From the IMG/VR virus record IMGVR_UViG_3300050132_000191, positions 1 to 57,665 of that record: DNA of 57,665 nt, one strand, 5' to 3'. Under the pieces are notes generated by a model that worked only from the letters and a program-made list of their open reading frames with translations, did not search any database and was not told the DNA's origin. The DNA is from a virus. Taxonomy: Duplodnaviria > Caudoviricetes. This document shows positions 8,333 through 16,585 of the stretch, piece by piece. The position numbers and the translations under genes were made by a program. The number at the start of each line of letters is the position of its first letter. Position 1 is the first letter of the stretch.

Positions 8333-9741
8333 AATCAGTGGATCAGAAATGGAAAGACGAGCAGATTATTCGTAACCTGCTCAAGCTCATTTGCCCGAAC
8401 CATGATCGGGAAGGCCTACTGGAAACACCTGAACGGGTTGCCAAAGCCTGGGAGCATTGGTGCAGCGGGTACTCCGTGGATATTGGCAAACTGCTCAAGT
8501 GTTTCAAGGATGGGGGCGAGCGATACGACCAGATGGTTCTTGTCAAAGACATACCAATCTATTCAAAATGTGTAATTGGCTCAACCTTCGTGGAGACACC
8601 GAAAGGGAGAATCCCAATTAGCAGGTTGAAGGATGGGGACTGGATCTACACCATGTCCCCTATGACACAGGAGCTTAAAATCACCCGATGTGTCAACCCA
8701 AGAATCACCCAAAGAAACGCAAATCTTTTGGCGGTACATACCGATAACGATACGTTGATTTGTACCCCGGATCACAGAGTCCTTACTACGGACGGTGAAT
8801 GGATAGAAGCACAGGATTTAAAGAACGGTCAACGCTTGGCTTCCCTTTATCGTGCGGCTGAAACAATGTTCAGCGGGAAGCAATCCTATTCAAAACTAAT
8901 TGCTTCCCGATATACAAGGTGGCACGACGGAATTAAAATAGATGGTGCCTCTCACGGTGTTTTAGAACACCAATTCGTCAAACAACAAATTGACGGAATT
9001 GATTACAAGGACGGACGTAGATTTGTAACGCATCATTTGGATGAAAATCTTTGGAATAATCTGCCAGAAAACCTTGAAATCCTTTCAATAGCAGACCATA
9101 ACAGAGCACACGAAAGAACTCAAAAACTCGCCCACAGTCAGGTTCGAAAGGACGCTGCTGCAATTGCTAGTGGAAGGGCGGAAGTTCGTGCAAAGCGTTC
9201 AGCTTCTGTTAAGGCTCATTGGGACAAACTGAAAGCAAGCCCTGAAGAATATCAGAAGAGAACGCAAGCTATGAGCGATGGTATTTGGGCACAAGGGGCT
9301 CGCAACCATGTTGTAATCGGCGTCGAGGTATTGGATTACACAGAGGACGTCTGGTGCATGACAGTTCCAGAAACCGAATTGTTCTTTGCTAACGGTATCG
9401 CGGTTCATAACTGTGAACATCACTTGGCGGATATCTTTGGGACTTGCTCAATCGCATATATTCCAAACGGTAAAATCGTGGGCCTGAGTAAACTGTCCCG
9501 CCTTGCTGATGCTTTCGCTCGCCGCCTACAAGTTCAAGAACGGCTCACGGATCAGATCGCCGATGCTTTAGTGGAGCACCTACAACCTGTCGGTGTGGGT
9601 GTTTTAATCCGCGCTCGCCATATGTGCATGGAATCGAGGGGCGTCTGCCAGCAGGGGCACCATACAGTGACCACAGCCCTTCGCGGCGCGATAAAGGACG
9701 AGCCACAAACTCGCTCCGAATTCCTCCTCCTTGCCAAGTAG
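8329..9741 (+). CDS. folE: GTP cyclohydrolase I precursor interrupted by an intein (about 189 aa after splicing)
   Basis: REGLLETPERVA, CEHH, GLSKLSR, RRLQVQERLT, HMCMESRGV. Confidence 0.93.
   Translation: MKSVDQKWKDEQIIRNLLKLICPNHDREGLLETPERVAKAWEHWCSGYSVDIGKLLKCFKDGGERYDQMVLVKDIPIYSKCVIGSTFVETPKGRIPISRLKDGDWIYTMSPMTQELKITRCVNPRITQRNANLLAVHTDNDTLICTPDHRVLTTDGEWIEAQDLKNGQRLASLYRAAETMFSGKQSYSKLIASRYTRWHDGIKIDGASHGVLEHQFVKQQIDGIDYKDGRRFVTHHLDENLWNNLPENLEILSIADHNRAHERTQKLAHSQVRKDAAAIASGRAEVRAKRSASVKAHWDKLKASPEEYQKRTQAMSDGIWAQGARNHVVIGVEVLDYTEDVWCMTVPETELFFANGIAVHNCEHHLADIFGTCSIAYIPNGKIVGLSKLSRLADAFARRLQVQERLTDQIADALVEHLQPVGVGVLIRARHMCMESRGVCQQGHHTVTTALRGAIKDEPQTRSEFLLLAK
8569..9411 (+). mobile_element. 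Intein (281 aa) with HNH-type homing endonuclease
   Basis: Starts CVIGSTFV, block B CTPDHRV, ends FANGIAVHN followed by extein Cys of CEHH; internal HHLDENLWNNLPENL..H HNH motif. Confidence 0.92.
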
Positions 9742-9759
9742 TTTGAACGATTGTAAAAT
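9731..9759 (+). promoter_or_regulatory. Sigma70-type promoter, possibly giving a leaderless mRNA
   Basis: TTGCCA-17-TAAAAT; ATG 9766 lies 6 nt after the -10 element with no SD. Confidence 0.55.
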
Positions 9760-9765
9760 TGCTGC

Positions 9766-10689
9766 ATGAACCTCTATTGCGCCGCGGTTTTCAGTAACAA
9801 TTACAAACCCGGTCAGAATCGGTATTTGAAGCTGACGGATCACGAAAAGACTCTAGTTCAGAATATCCCAAATATCTTGGAAAGCTGGCACTATGTCGGG
9901 AAACAAAAGTTCGTGGATGAAATGCGTGCGGACAGCGCCCAAATTTTTCTCGACTCTGGAGCGTTCTCTGCTTACACGTTGGGCGTTGATTTGAAGGTCC
10001 CGGATTACTGCGCTTACATTCAGCGGAACCTGGATATCATACGCCGGGACGGCAATGTGGTTATGGCATCCGTGCTGGATGGCATTGGTGACCCTCTTAA
10101 GACATATCAGAACCAGATGGAGATGGAAGCCCGCGGGTGCAGGCCTTTGCCCTGTTTCCATGCTGGCGAAGATGAAAGGTATTTGGAATTTTATGTCAAG
10201 AACTACGAATATATCACGCTCGGCGGGATGGTTGGCAGTTCCACGAAACAACTCTGCATTTGGTTGGACCGTATTTGGGACAGATTTCTGACAGATGGGA
10301 GCGGTCGCCCGCGGCTTAAAGTTCATGGCTTCGGCATCACGGCTATTCCGATCATGGAGCGTTACCCATGGCATAGCGTTGATTCTTCGTCGTGGATCCA
10401 GGGAGCTGCGTTTGGCAGCATTATGACTCCCCAATGGGGACCGCTATCCGTATCAGAAAAAAGCCCGAGCAGGCACGACGCTGGTCAACATGCGACGACA
10501 TTGACAGCGGTGGAGCAAGATATGGTGTTTCGAATGCTGGAGGAGCAAGGGTTCACTTATGAGCGCCTGTCAACTGTTTACGAGTCCAGAGCAGCTTATA
10601 ATTTATGGGCTTACGGTGTAATCAATGAAATGATGAACGCTGCCAACAATTATGAAAAATTTCGTAGCCACGTTCAGGAGCTTTATTAA
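9766..10689 (+). CDS. dpdA: TGT-fold DNA transglycosylase (DpdA-like 7-deazaguanine insertion enzyme)
   Basis: FLDSGAFS, PCFH, YITLGG, VHGFG, SVDSSSW motifs; directly after the preQ0/G+ pathway genes. Confidence 0.75.
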   Translation: MNLYCAAVFSNNYKPGQNRYLKLTDHEKTLVQNIPNILESWHYVGKQKFVDEMRADSAQIFLDSGAFSAYTLGVDLKVPDYCAYIQRNLDIIRRDGNVVMASVLDGIGDPLKTYQNQMEMEARGCRPLPCFHAGEDERYLEFYVKNYEYITLGGMVGSSTKQLCIWLDRIWDRFLTDGSGRPRLKVHGFGITAIPIMERYPWHSVDSSSWIQGAAFGSIMTPQWGPLSVSEKSPSRHDAGQHATTLTAVEQDMVFRMLEEQGFTYERLSTVYESRAAYNLWAYGVINEMMNAANNYEKFRSHVQELY

Positions 10690-11643
10690 ATGCTTTCAAA
10701 ATTAAAGTTCGTTCAGGGTTCGATCGCCAAGAAGGATTTTGTACCTGCTCTCACGCATTTCTCGATCGAGAATAATACGGTTCGGGGTTATAACGGGATG
10801 CTGGCACTGTGCAGTCCAATCCCCTTCGACATCGAATGCAAACCAAAAGCGGACCCGCTGATCCGTGCCATTGCAAACTGCACGGAAACGGTTTCCCTGT
10901 CCCTCACGCCTGCGGGCCGCTTGTCCATCAAGTCGGGAAAGTTCAAAGCGTTCATCGATTGCATTGAAAGTGATTCGGACTACATTCGGCCTGTAGGCGA
11001 CCCAATGGAAATCGATGGTGCAGCACTGCTCAAGGCGCTGAAAACGATTGCGCCGTTCATTGGAGACGATGCTTCGCGCCCATGGTCGAATGGGGTTCTG
11101 TTGCTGGGGCAAAGTGCATTCGCGACCAACAATGTCACGCTGGTGGAATACTGGGCTGGCACCACTGTGGCCAACCCAATCAACATCCCGCGGGCAGCGA
11201 TCAAAGAAATGCTTCGCATCAACGAGCCCCCTATTTCTGCACAGCTTGCGGAAAATGCGATCACGTTTCACTACACTGGCGACCGCTGGCTTCGCACGCA
11301 ACTGCTCGAAACCAAATGGCCGGATTTGAGAAAAGTCTTAGACCGCCCCAGCAATCCTATTCCGTTGGACGTCGCATTGTTCGAAGCTATTGCAACAATC
11401 AAACCCTTCATGGATAAAATGGGGCGCATACTGTTTCGCGAGGGGCGTATTGCAACTCACGAAAATGAAACCGAAGGGGCAAGCTATGAGGTTGAAGGGT
11501 TTAACCACACTGGCGTCTACCAAGTTGATATGCTGAATCTCCTTAATGGTCCCGCCCAGACAATCGACTGGAGCGGTTATCCGGGCCCCTGTATGTTCTT
11601 TGGCGACCGCTTGCGTGGTGCGATTATTGGGATGCGTGCTTGA
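10690..11643 (+). CDS. Sliding-clamp (beta-clamp-like) protein
   Basis: 317 aa with repeated alpha/beta pattern (D.SRPW.NGV, FATNN, WPDL) recalling DnaN; immediately upstream of the polymerase. Confidence 0.6.
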   Translation: MLSKLKFVQGSIAKKDFVPALTHFSIENNTVRGYNGMLALCSPIPFDIECKPKADPLIRAIANCTETVSLSLTPAGRLSIKSGKFKAFIDCIESDSDYIRPVGDPMEIDGAALLKALKTIAPFIGDDASRPWSNGVLLLGQSAFATNNVTLVEYWAGTTVANPINIPRAAIKEMLRINEPPISAQLAENAITFHYTGDRWLRTQLLETKWPDLRKVLDRPSNPIPLDVALFEAIATIKPFMDKMGRILFREGRIATHENETEGASYEVEGFNHTGVYQVDMLNLLNGPAQTIDWSGYPGPCMFFGDRLRGAIIGMRA

Positions 11644-11644
11644 G

Positions 11645-13627
11645 ATGAGATTCGATTCAATCGGCCTCTGGTGGGAGGACTTCGATAAGGTCAAAGTCCT
11701 GAAGGAAGTCAAGAAGTGCATCCCACCGGAGCGGACTTGGGAATTGGATACTTACCTGCCCGGGTTGGAGGAAGCAAAGGAATTCTGTGTCCCTTTAATG
11801 ACCGAAGTTGAAATTGGATGCGCTGCGGTATTAAAAGAACCACTGATATTTGACGTCGAGTGCTACGCGAATTATTTCCTGGTCGCGTTCATGTCCGTCA
11901 TATCGGGTAAGGTATTTTTCCTGGAGCTATCAGACAGCGTTGCGCTCAACACCGAAAAACTCCGCTGGGTGATGCAGAACTTCTGTGTAGTCAGTTTCAA
12001 CGGGCGCCAGTACGACGTTCCAATCGTGTCGCTTGCTATAGCTGGGAAATCCACCCGGGCAATGAAAGCAGTATCCAATCAAATTATTGTTGAAGAGTTG
12101 CGCCCGAGTGACATACTGCGAACGCAAAAAGTGAAAATGCTCAAGTGTGACCACATTGACTTGATAGAGTTGGCTCCTCTTAATCAAAGTCTGAAAATGT
12201 GTGCGGGCAGGTTGCACGCTCGCAAGATGCAGGACTTGCCGTTTCACCCCGAGAAAGTTTTGAATGAAGACCAAATCACAATCACCCGCTGGTATTGTGT
12301 GAACGACTTGCGGAATACGTTGCTTCTATACCAGGCGCTGAAAGAGGAAATCGATCTTCGCGTAGGCATGGGTAAGGAATACGATTTGGATTTGCGTAGC
12401 AAGTCAGACGCACAGATTGCGGAAGCAGTGATTGGGCATGAGGTGCAAGTTCTGAACGGCCGGCGCCCAGTGGCTCCCACAATCGCCCCGGGCACCCTGT
12501 ACCGTTACAAGGTGCCCGCGTTCCTTGTGTTCCAGTCCGCGTTGCTCCGTTGGGTACTCGAGCTCGTAAGGGATACAATTTTCGTCGTTGGTGATCATGG
12601 GGGCGTTGAAAAGCCAGCAACCCTGAACGGGCTGAAATTTGAAATTGGAAATGGCTCCTACCGCATGGGGATCGGCGGGTTGCACAGTATGGAGAAAGGA
12701 GCGACCCGTAGGGTGGATGGAACTTTCGTGCTCAAGGACATTGACGTTGCTTCCAACTATCCCCGGATTATTCTGAATCAACGCCTGTATCCACAACATC
12801 TCGGGTCCGCTTTCCTAAAGGTTTACCAGCGCATTGTCGACAGGCGCTTGCAAGCGAAAGCCCGTAAGGACGACCTAGTCGCGGGGTCTTTGAAAATTGT
12901 CGTGAACGGATCCTACGGCAAGTTGGGAAGCAAATACTCAATTCTGTATTCCCCGGACCTGTTGATACAAGTCACGCTCACAGGCCAGCTCGCGTTGTTG
13001 ATGCTCATTGAGCGCCTGGAGCTTGCCGGGATATCCGTCGTCAGCGCGAACACTGACGGGATTGTGGTCAAGTGCCCCGTCGGTCTGCAAGCGTTGCTGG
13101 CGCAAATTGTGGCGCAGTGGTGCAAAGACACAAACTTCGAGACAGAAGAAATGGAATACCTTGCTCTTTATAGCAGGGACGTGAATAATTACATAGCGGT
13201 GAAAAAAGACGGAACGTTCAAATCCAAGGGGGCCTATGCAGAGATGGGCATTGATAAGAACGCGACGGGGCAGATCAGCGTTGACGCGGTGACTGCTTTG
13301 CTCGTCAAAGGAATACCAATTCGGGAGTCCGTTCGCACTTGCAAGGATATCCGAAAGTTCGTATTCGTTCGCACTGTGAACGGTGGGGCTGTGAAGGACG
13401 GCCAATACCTAGGCAAAGCAGTCCGCTGGTATTATGCGGAAGGGGAGGAGGGGGACATCATTTACGCTCGCAGCGGAAATCGTGTACCGCGTTCCGAGGG
13501 GGCGAGGCCACTGATGGAGCTGCCCGACACGTTTCCAGCGGACGTGGACTTCTCCTGGTACGAAGCGGAAGCTGAGAAAATGCTGGCGAGCATTGGGGTG
13601 AGCATTGGGGCCAATGCTACTGTATAG
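11645..13627 (+). CDS. Family B-type DNA polymerase with 3'-5' exonuclease domain
   Basis: Exo motifs FDVE, FNG..YD, YC.ND; polymerase motifs DVASNYP, KIVVNGSYGK, SANTDG; start taken at ATG 11645. Confidence 0.9.
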   Translation: MRFDSIGLWWEDFDKVKVLKEVKKCIPPERTWELDTYLPGLEEAKEFCVPLMTEVEIGCAAVLKEPLIFDVECYANYFLVAFMSVISGKVFFLELSDSVALNTEKLRWVMQNFCVVSFNGRQYDVPIVSLAIAGKSTRAMKAVSNQIIVEELRPSDILRTQKVKMLKCDHIDLIELAPLNQSLKMCAGRLHARKMQDLPFHPEKVLNEDQITITRWYCVNDLRNTLLLYQALKEEIDLRVGMGKEYDLDLRSKSDAQIAEAVIGHEVQVLNGRRPVAPTIAPGTLYRYKVPAFLVFQSALLRWVLELVRDTIFVVGDHGGVEKPATLNGLKFEIGNGSYRMGIGGLHSMEKGATRRVDGTFVLKDIDVASNYPRIILNQRLYPQHLGSAFLKVYQRIVDRRLQAKARKDDLVAGSLKIVVNGSYGKLGSKYSILYSPDLLIQVTLTGQLALLMLIERLELAGISVVSANTDGIVVKCPVGLQALLAQIVAQWCKDTNFETEEMEYLALYSRDVNNYIAVKKDGTFKSKGAYAEMGIDKNATGQISVDAVTALLVKGIPIRESVRTCKDIRKFVFVRTVNGGAVKDGQYLGKAVRWYYAEGEEGDIIYARSGNRVPRSEGARPLMELPDTFPADVDFSWYEAEAEKMLASIGVSIGANATV

Positions 13628-13692
13628 GTGGCACGCTGATCTCAGCCCCTGCCGCCATCTAGTGCGTGTAAACTATTGGAAAAGGAGTTACT

Positions 13693-13956
13693 ATGGGTGA
13701 TATGGCGGAAGTGTTTAGTGATTTACGGAAAGCGAGGAAAGAAGAGCGGGAGGTCCGGGCAACTGTGAATATCAGTAAGCTACAGGAACTCCGCATTCCA
13801 GCATTCGAGCAGTCCAAGAACGTGTTCCGAATTGACACGGAGCAAGGGGCGGTGATGTATTATCCGTCAAGCGCCACGTGGCAGCACAAAGGGAAAATAA
13901 TGCGGGGTAATACTCGGGCGTTGAAGGATTGGATTACCAGAAACGGGTTGCTGTGA
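13693..13956 (+). CDS. Hypothetical protein
   Basis: Strong SD AAGGAG; 87 aa. Confidence 0.75.
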   Translation: MGDMAEVFSDLRKARKEEREVRATVNISKLQELRIPAFEQSKNVFRIDTEQGAVMYYPSSATWQHKGKIMRGNTRALKDWITRNGLL

Positions 13957-14147
13957 AGGACCATTTCTATGAGGCGTTAGCCATTGCAGCCGGTCTGGTT
14001 ACGGGGGCTTTCGTGAGCGAAAAGGATGCTCGGGTACAGCAGGAACAGGACGCAAAGTATTGTCAGCAAGTCGAGCGGGGTGCCTGGCCCGATTACGAGA
14101 AGCAATACTCCGAACTTTGCAAACAAAAAGACGCCCCTGCACGGTAA
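13953..14147 (+). CDS. Small membrane-anchored hypothetical protein
   Basis: GTGA overlap; hydrophobic N-terminus, YC...WPDY...C. Confidence 0.55.
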   Translation: MKDHFYEALAIAAGLVTGAFVSEKDARVQQEQDAKYCQQVERGAWPDYEKQYSELCKQKDAPAR

Positions 14148-14159
14148 TGCGGGAGCGTC
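14125..14159 (-). terminator. Terminator where the two transcription arms converge
   Basis: Imperfect stem GACGCCCCTGCA/TGCGGGAGCGTC with A5 on its left (U-tract on the - strand). Confidence 0.55.
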
Positions 14160-14210
14160 GAACCGCGAGGGAGAGTGGCCCGCGGGTCCGTTAGGACTCT
14201 TTAACCGACT

Positions 14211-14486
14211 TTAAACTGTCGGTGTTGTTGTATCAGCGGGTGCCGCTGCGGCAGTTTTCGTCAACGCAATCAGCGGGGTCAACACTGTTCCGATCACTGG
14301 CTTCGCTTGGGCATACAAGTTCACCAGCGTGGGCTCTTGCGCCACAGCGGTGTCAATAACGCTAAGTAGGGCAGTGAGCTTGGAGGCGCCAGCGTTCGGG
14401 AAAGCAGCCTGGAGGCCTTTGATGGTAGTTTCAATCAGCGGCCAGAGACCGAAGATGACTTTGAGGGCGGCGAGGAATTGAAGCAT
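14211..14486 (-). CDS. Amphipathic small protein of the lysis module
   Basis: 91 aa hydrophobic helical ORF, last gene of the late arm. Confidence 0.65.
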   Translation of the reverse strand: MLQFLAALKVIFGLWPLIETTIKGLQAAFPNAGASKLTALLSVIDTAVAQEPTLVNLYAQAKPVIGTVLTPLIALTKTAAAAPADTTTPTV

Positions 14487-14501
14487 GGTAGTTCATTAAG
14501 G

Positions 14502-14867
14502 TTAGTAAGTACAGTGGTATCTCAGAACCCCGCCATCGACCGATGACAGGTAGTTTGAAATTTGGTTAGAAATTGTGTGTGGTATCGAGCCCGTCGAGGA
14601 CGTCTCCGTTAGCAGCGTGCCGGATAGGTGGCACCCAGGCTGTAGGTTTGTCAGGTATGCTTGGCAATCCTGGTTCGCTCGGTACATCTGTTGACTCAGC
14701 CCCTGAAACTGACTGATATGCGGTATTGCCGGCAGGTGACCCGATTGATGACATTCCAAATTTGTCGGTGGACGCAACTGTGGCATGAGCGTTGAACAAC
14801 CCGATAATAGTGAACAAAGTACCAGCGATTTGAGTGATTTGCGTATCGTCGAGCGGGATGTTGACAT
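14502..14867 (-). CDS. Putative lipoprotein (o-spanin-like) overprinted on 14566..15015
   Basis: Basic N-terminus then SLVLCSLLSG-C lipobox; GGAG upstream; extends past the host gene to fill the gap to 14486. Confidence 0.55.
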   Translation of the reverse strand: MSTSRSTIRKSLKSLVLCSLLSGCSTLMPQLRPPTNLECHQSGHLPAIPHISQFQGLSQQMYRANQDCQAYLTNLQPGCHLSGTLLTETSSTGSIPHTISNQISNYLSSVDGGVLRYHCTY

Positions 14868-15015
14868 TGAAGCTCCTCAGCAGCGCCACAACCGCAATCA
14901 GCAGTACGGCGAGCGCGTTGACCGTGAGCTGCGCTTTCTTGAGAAATAATTCGTCGGCTACGGATTGACCGGCTCGATAAACATTGAATAAAGTTTTCAG
15001 TTGATTAAACATCAT
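14566..15015 (-). CDS. Two-TM holin-like membrane protein
   Basis: Two hydrophobic segments; SD GGAG; overlaps the endolysin stop. Confidence 0.65.
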   Translation of the reverse strand: MMFNQLKTLFNVYRAGQSVADELFLKKAQLTVNALAVLLIAVVALLRSFNVNIPLDDTQITQIAGTLFTIIGLFNAHATVASTDKFGMSSIGSPAGNTAYQSVSGAESTDVPSEPGLPSIPDKPTAWVPPIRHAANGDVLDGLDTTHNF

Positions 15016-15484
15016 CGGCTCCAAATTTAAGGTTAGCTGCAATGCGGCGTGTCCATCCGCGTGATGCGTTGGGCCAGTTTTGAAGGTTTGTCATGAAGAT
15101 CAGCCTCTCCCCTAGGAATCTCATAATCAGGTCATGGGGCTCGGCGGCTTTAATGGCTGTGAGAGTGACCGGCCCAATGTGGCCATCATCGGCCACTGCC
15201 ACGGCACGCTGCAATGCACGCAGAGCCGTCCCTGCGCCAGAGTTGACCGCGAAGTCAAGCAACTGGAATCCAACGCCTTCGGGCAAGGTGTCCCCGTCAA
15301 TTGGGGCCCAGAAATCGCGGTGGTAGAGTGCAATTGCTTGCTCACGTGTGAGCGCCCGAATGTCGAGTTTTGGGTAGCTCCGCTGGCTGATGCCCCATTT
15401 CGTCAGCCCGCCGGGGTCAGCGGGGTTGTCCACAAGCCCGCCTTCGGTGCCCAATACCCGATTGATAGCAATTTCAAACGTCAT
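15005..15484 (-). CDS. Endolysin, glycoside hydrolase family 108
   Basis: EGG..DNPADPGGLTKWGI, DFAVNSG, DGHIGPVT, GWTRR. Confidence 0.9.
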   Translation of the reverse strand: MTFEIAINRVLGTEGGLVDNPADPGGLTKWGISQRSYPKLDIRALTREQAIALYHRDFWAPIDGDTLPEGVGFQLLDFAVNSGAGTALRALQRAVAVADDGHIGPVTLTAIKAAEPHDLIMRFLGERLIFMTNLQNWPNASRGWTRRIAANLKFGADDV

Positions 15485-15582
15485 TATAACCACCATTCCA
15501 TTATTTCATACACCAATTTGTCAAACTCGTTGAGGGCCGCGTTGGTCCACTGCTGCCAAAACTTTACGAAATAATCTGTCAC
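15484..15582 (-). CDS. Unannotated 32-aa Trp-rich peptide
   Basis: MTDYFVKFWQQWTNAALNEFDKLVYEIMEWWL; GTGA overlap upstream and TAATG overlap downstream. Confidence 0.55.
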   Translation of the reverse strand: MTDYFVKFWQQWTNAALNEFDKLVYEIMEWWL

Positions 15583-15836
15583 TTCCCGCCCCAGAATTCG
15601 GAACCTTTGGCGCCAGCGGCACCGGGATCGCCTTTCGAGCCTTTAGCCCCTCTGGCCCCTTGATCGCCTACCGCCCCAGTATCGCCAACCCCACCAGTCG
15701 ACCCTGTCAAGCCTGTCGCGCCTTGTTGTCCGGGTGGCCCACGATCAAAATCCGGGTGAAACAACACGATCCCGAAAATTACTAGCATACAGGCTATAAA
15801 GAGTATCAACAACCAGTTGAAAGTACGATACATCAT
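15579..15836 (-). CDS. Membrane-anchored collagen-repeat protein
   Basis: N-terminal TM followed by about 15 Gly-X-Y triplets. Confidence 0.75.
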   Translation of the reverse strand: MMYRTFNWLLILFIACMLVIFGIVLFHPDFDRGPPGQQGATGLTGSTGGVGDTGAVGDQGARGAKGSKGDPGAAGAKGSEFWGGK

Positions 15837-16042
15837 TTAAGGTGGCCGGTCACAAAATTAAAAATCCAGGACCCCATTCCCAGAATACCAAGCCCTAGGG
15901 TGATAATCCCCCATTTGAGACCCGCTGTACGTTCATCCGCCAGCTCTTTGATTCGGAGGTCCGTGGCAATCATATGCGCCTCTACTTGTTCACGCCATTG
16001 CTTTATAAGTGCAAGCTGGACTTCTGGTGATTCATTTGCCAT
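15833..16042 (-). CDS. Small coiled-coil plus C-terminal TM protein (holin/XhlA-like architecture)
   Basis: 69 aa, helical N-terminus, one TM, heads the lysis cassette. Confidence 0.65.
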   Translation of the reverse strand: MANESPEVQLALIKQWREQVEAHMIATDLRIKELADERTAGLKWGIITLGLGILGMGSWIFNFVTGHLK

Positions 16043-16051
16043 GGAATACTT

Positions 16052-16561
16052 TCAAGAGTTTGTGATCAACGTGCAAGGAGCACAGAGCGATTCTGCAGCT
16101 CTCACCACCGCGGAAGGGGTGGCACGGGCGCCCAGATCGACGCCTGCTACGTGCAGCACGTCGATCACCATACCCGCACACTCAGTCGAGTCGCCGTGCT
16201 CCCAAGGCGTGTACAGAGCCCGCATAGCTTTCATTTGGCTGTACTCCTGCCCGACGTGCCTCATTGCGAATTCTTCCGCGGCTTGCGTCCACTCCACACC
16301 AAGAGGCAACCAATAAGCGTCCTCACCTTCGAGCAGCGCATTGGAAAGTGGATAGATGCGAACTTTCGGAACCACCGCTTCAATAAGAAACACACGATTC
16401 GCGGCAACCCATACAACCCCAACGTGGCTAAACTCGGACTTCGTAAACATCCGAACCAGGCCCACCTTAAAACTGTACCAGTCATGGAACAGGGGCTGGC
16501 GATAGCTGAAAGCGATAAGGTCCCCTGACCTTATTTTATTGCGGACGCTTAAATAGTTCAT
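16052..16561 (-). CDS. Permuted papain-like (YiiX/NlpC-P60-type) enzyme
   Basis: IRSGDLIAF, SEFSHVG (His), IEA, VGQEY, ECA (Cys after His), ATPS. Confidence 0.75.
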   Translation of the reverse strand: MNYLSVRNKIRSGDLIAFSYRQPLFHDWYSFKVGLVRMFTKSEFSHVGVVWVAANRVFLIEAVVPKVRIYPLSNALLEGEDAYWLPLGVEWTQAAEEFAMRHVGQEYSQMKAMRALYTPWEHGDSTECAGMVIDVLHVAGVDLGARATPSAVVRAAESLCAPCTLITNS

Positions 16562-16585
16562 TTGTGGCTCTTGGGTACTGGACTT

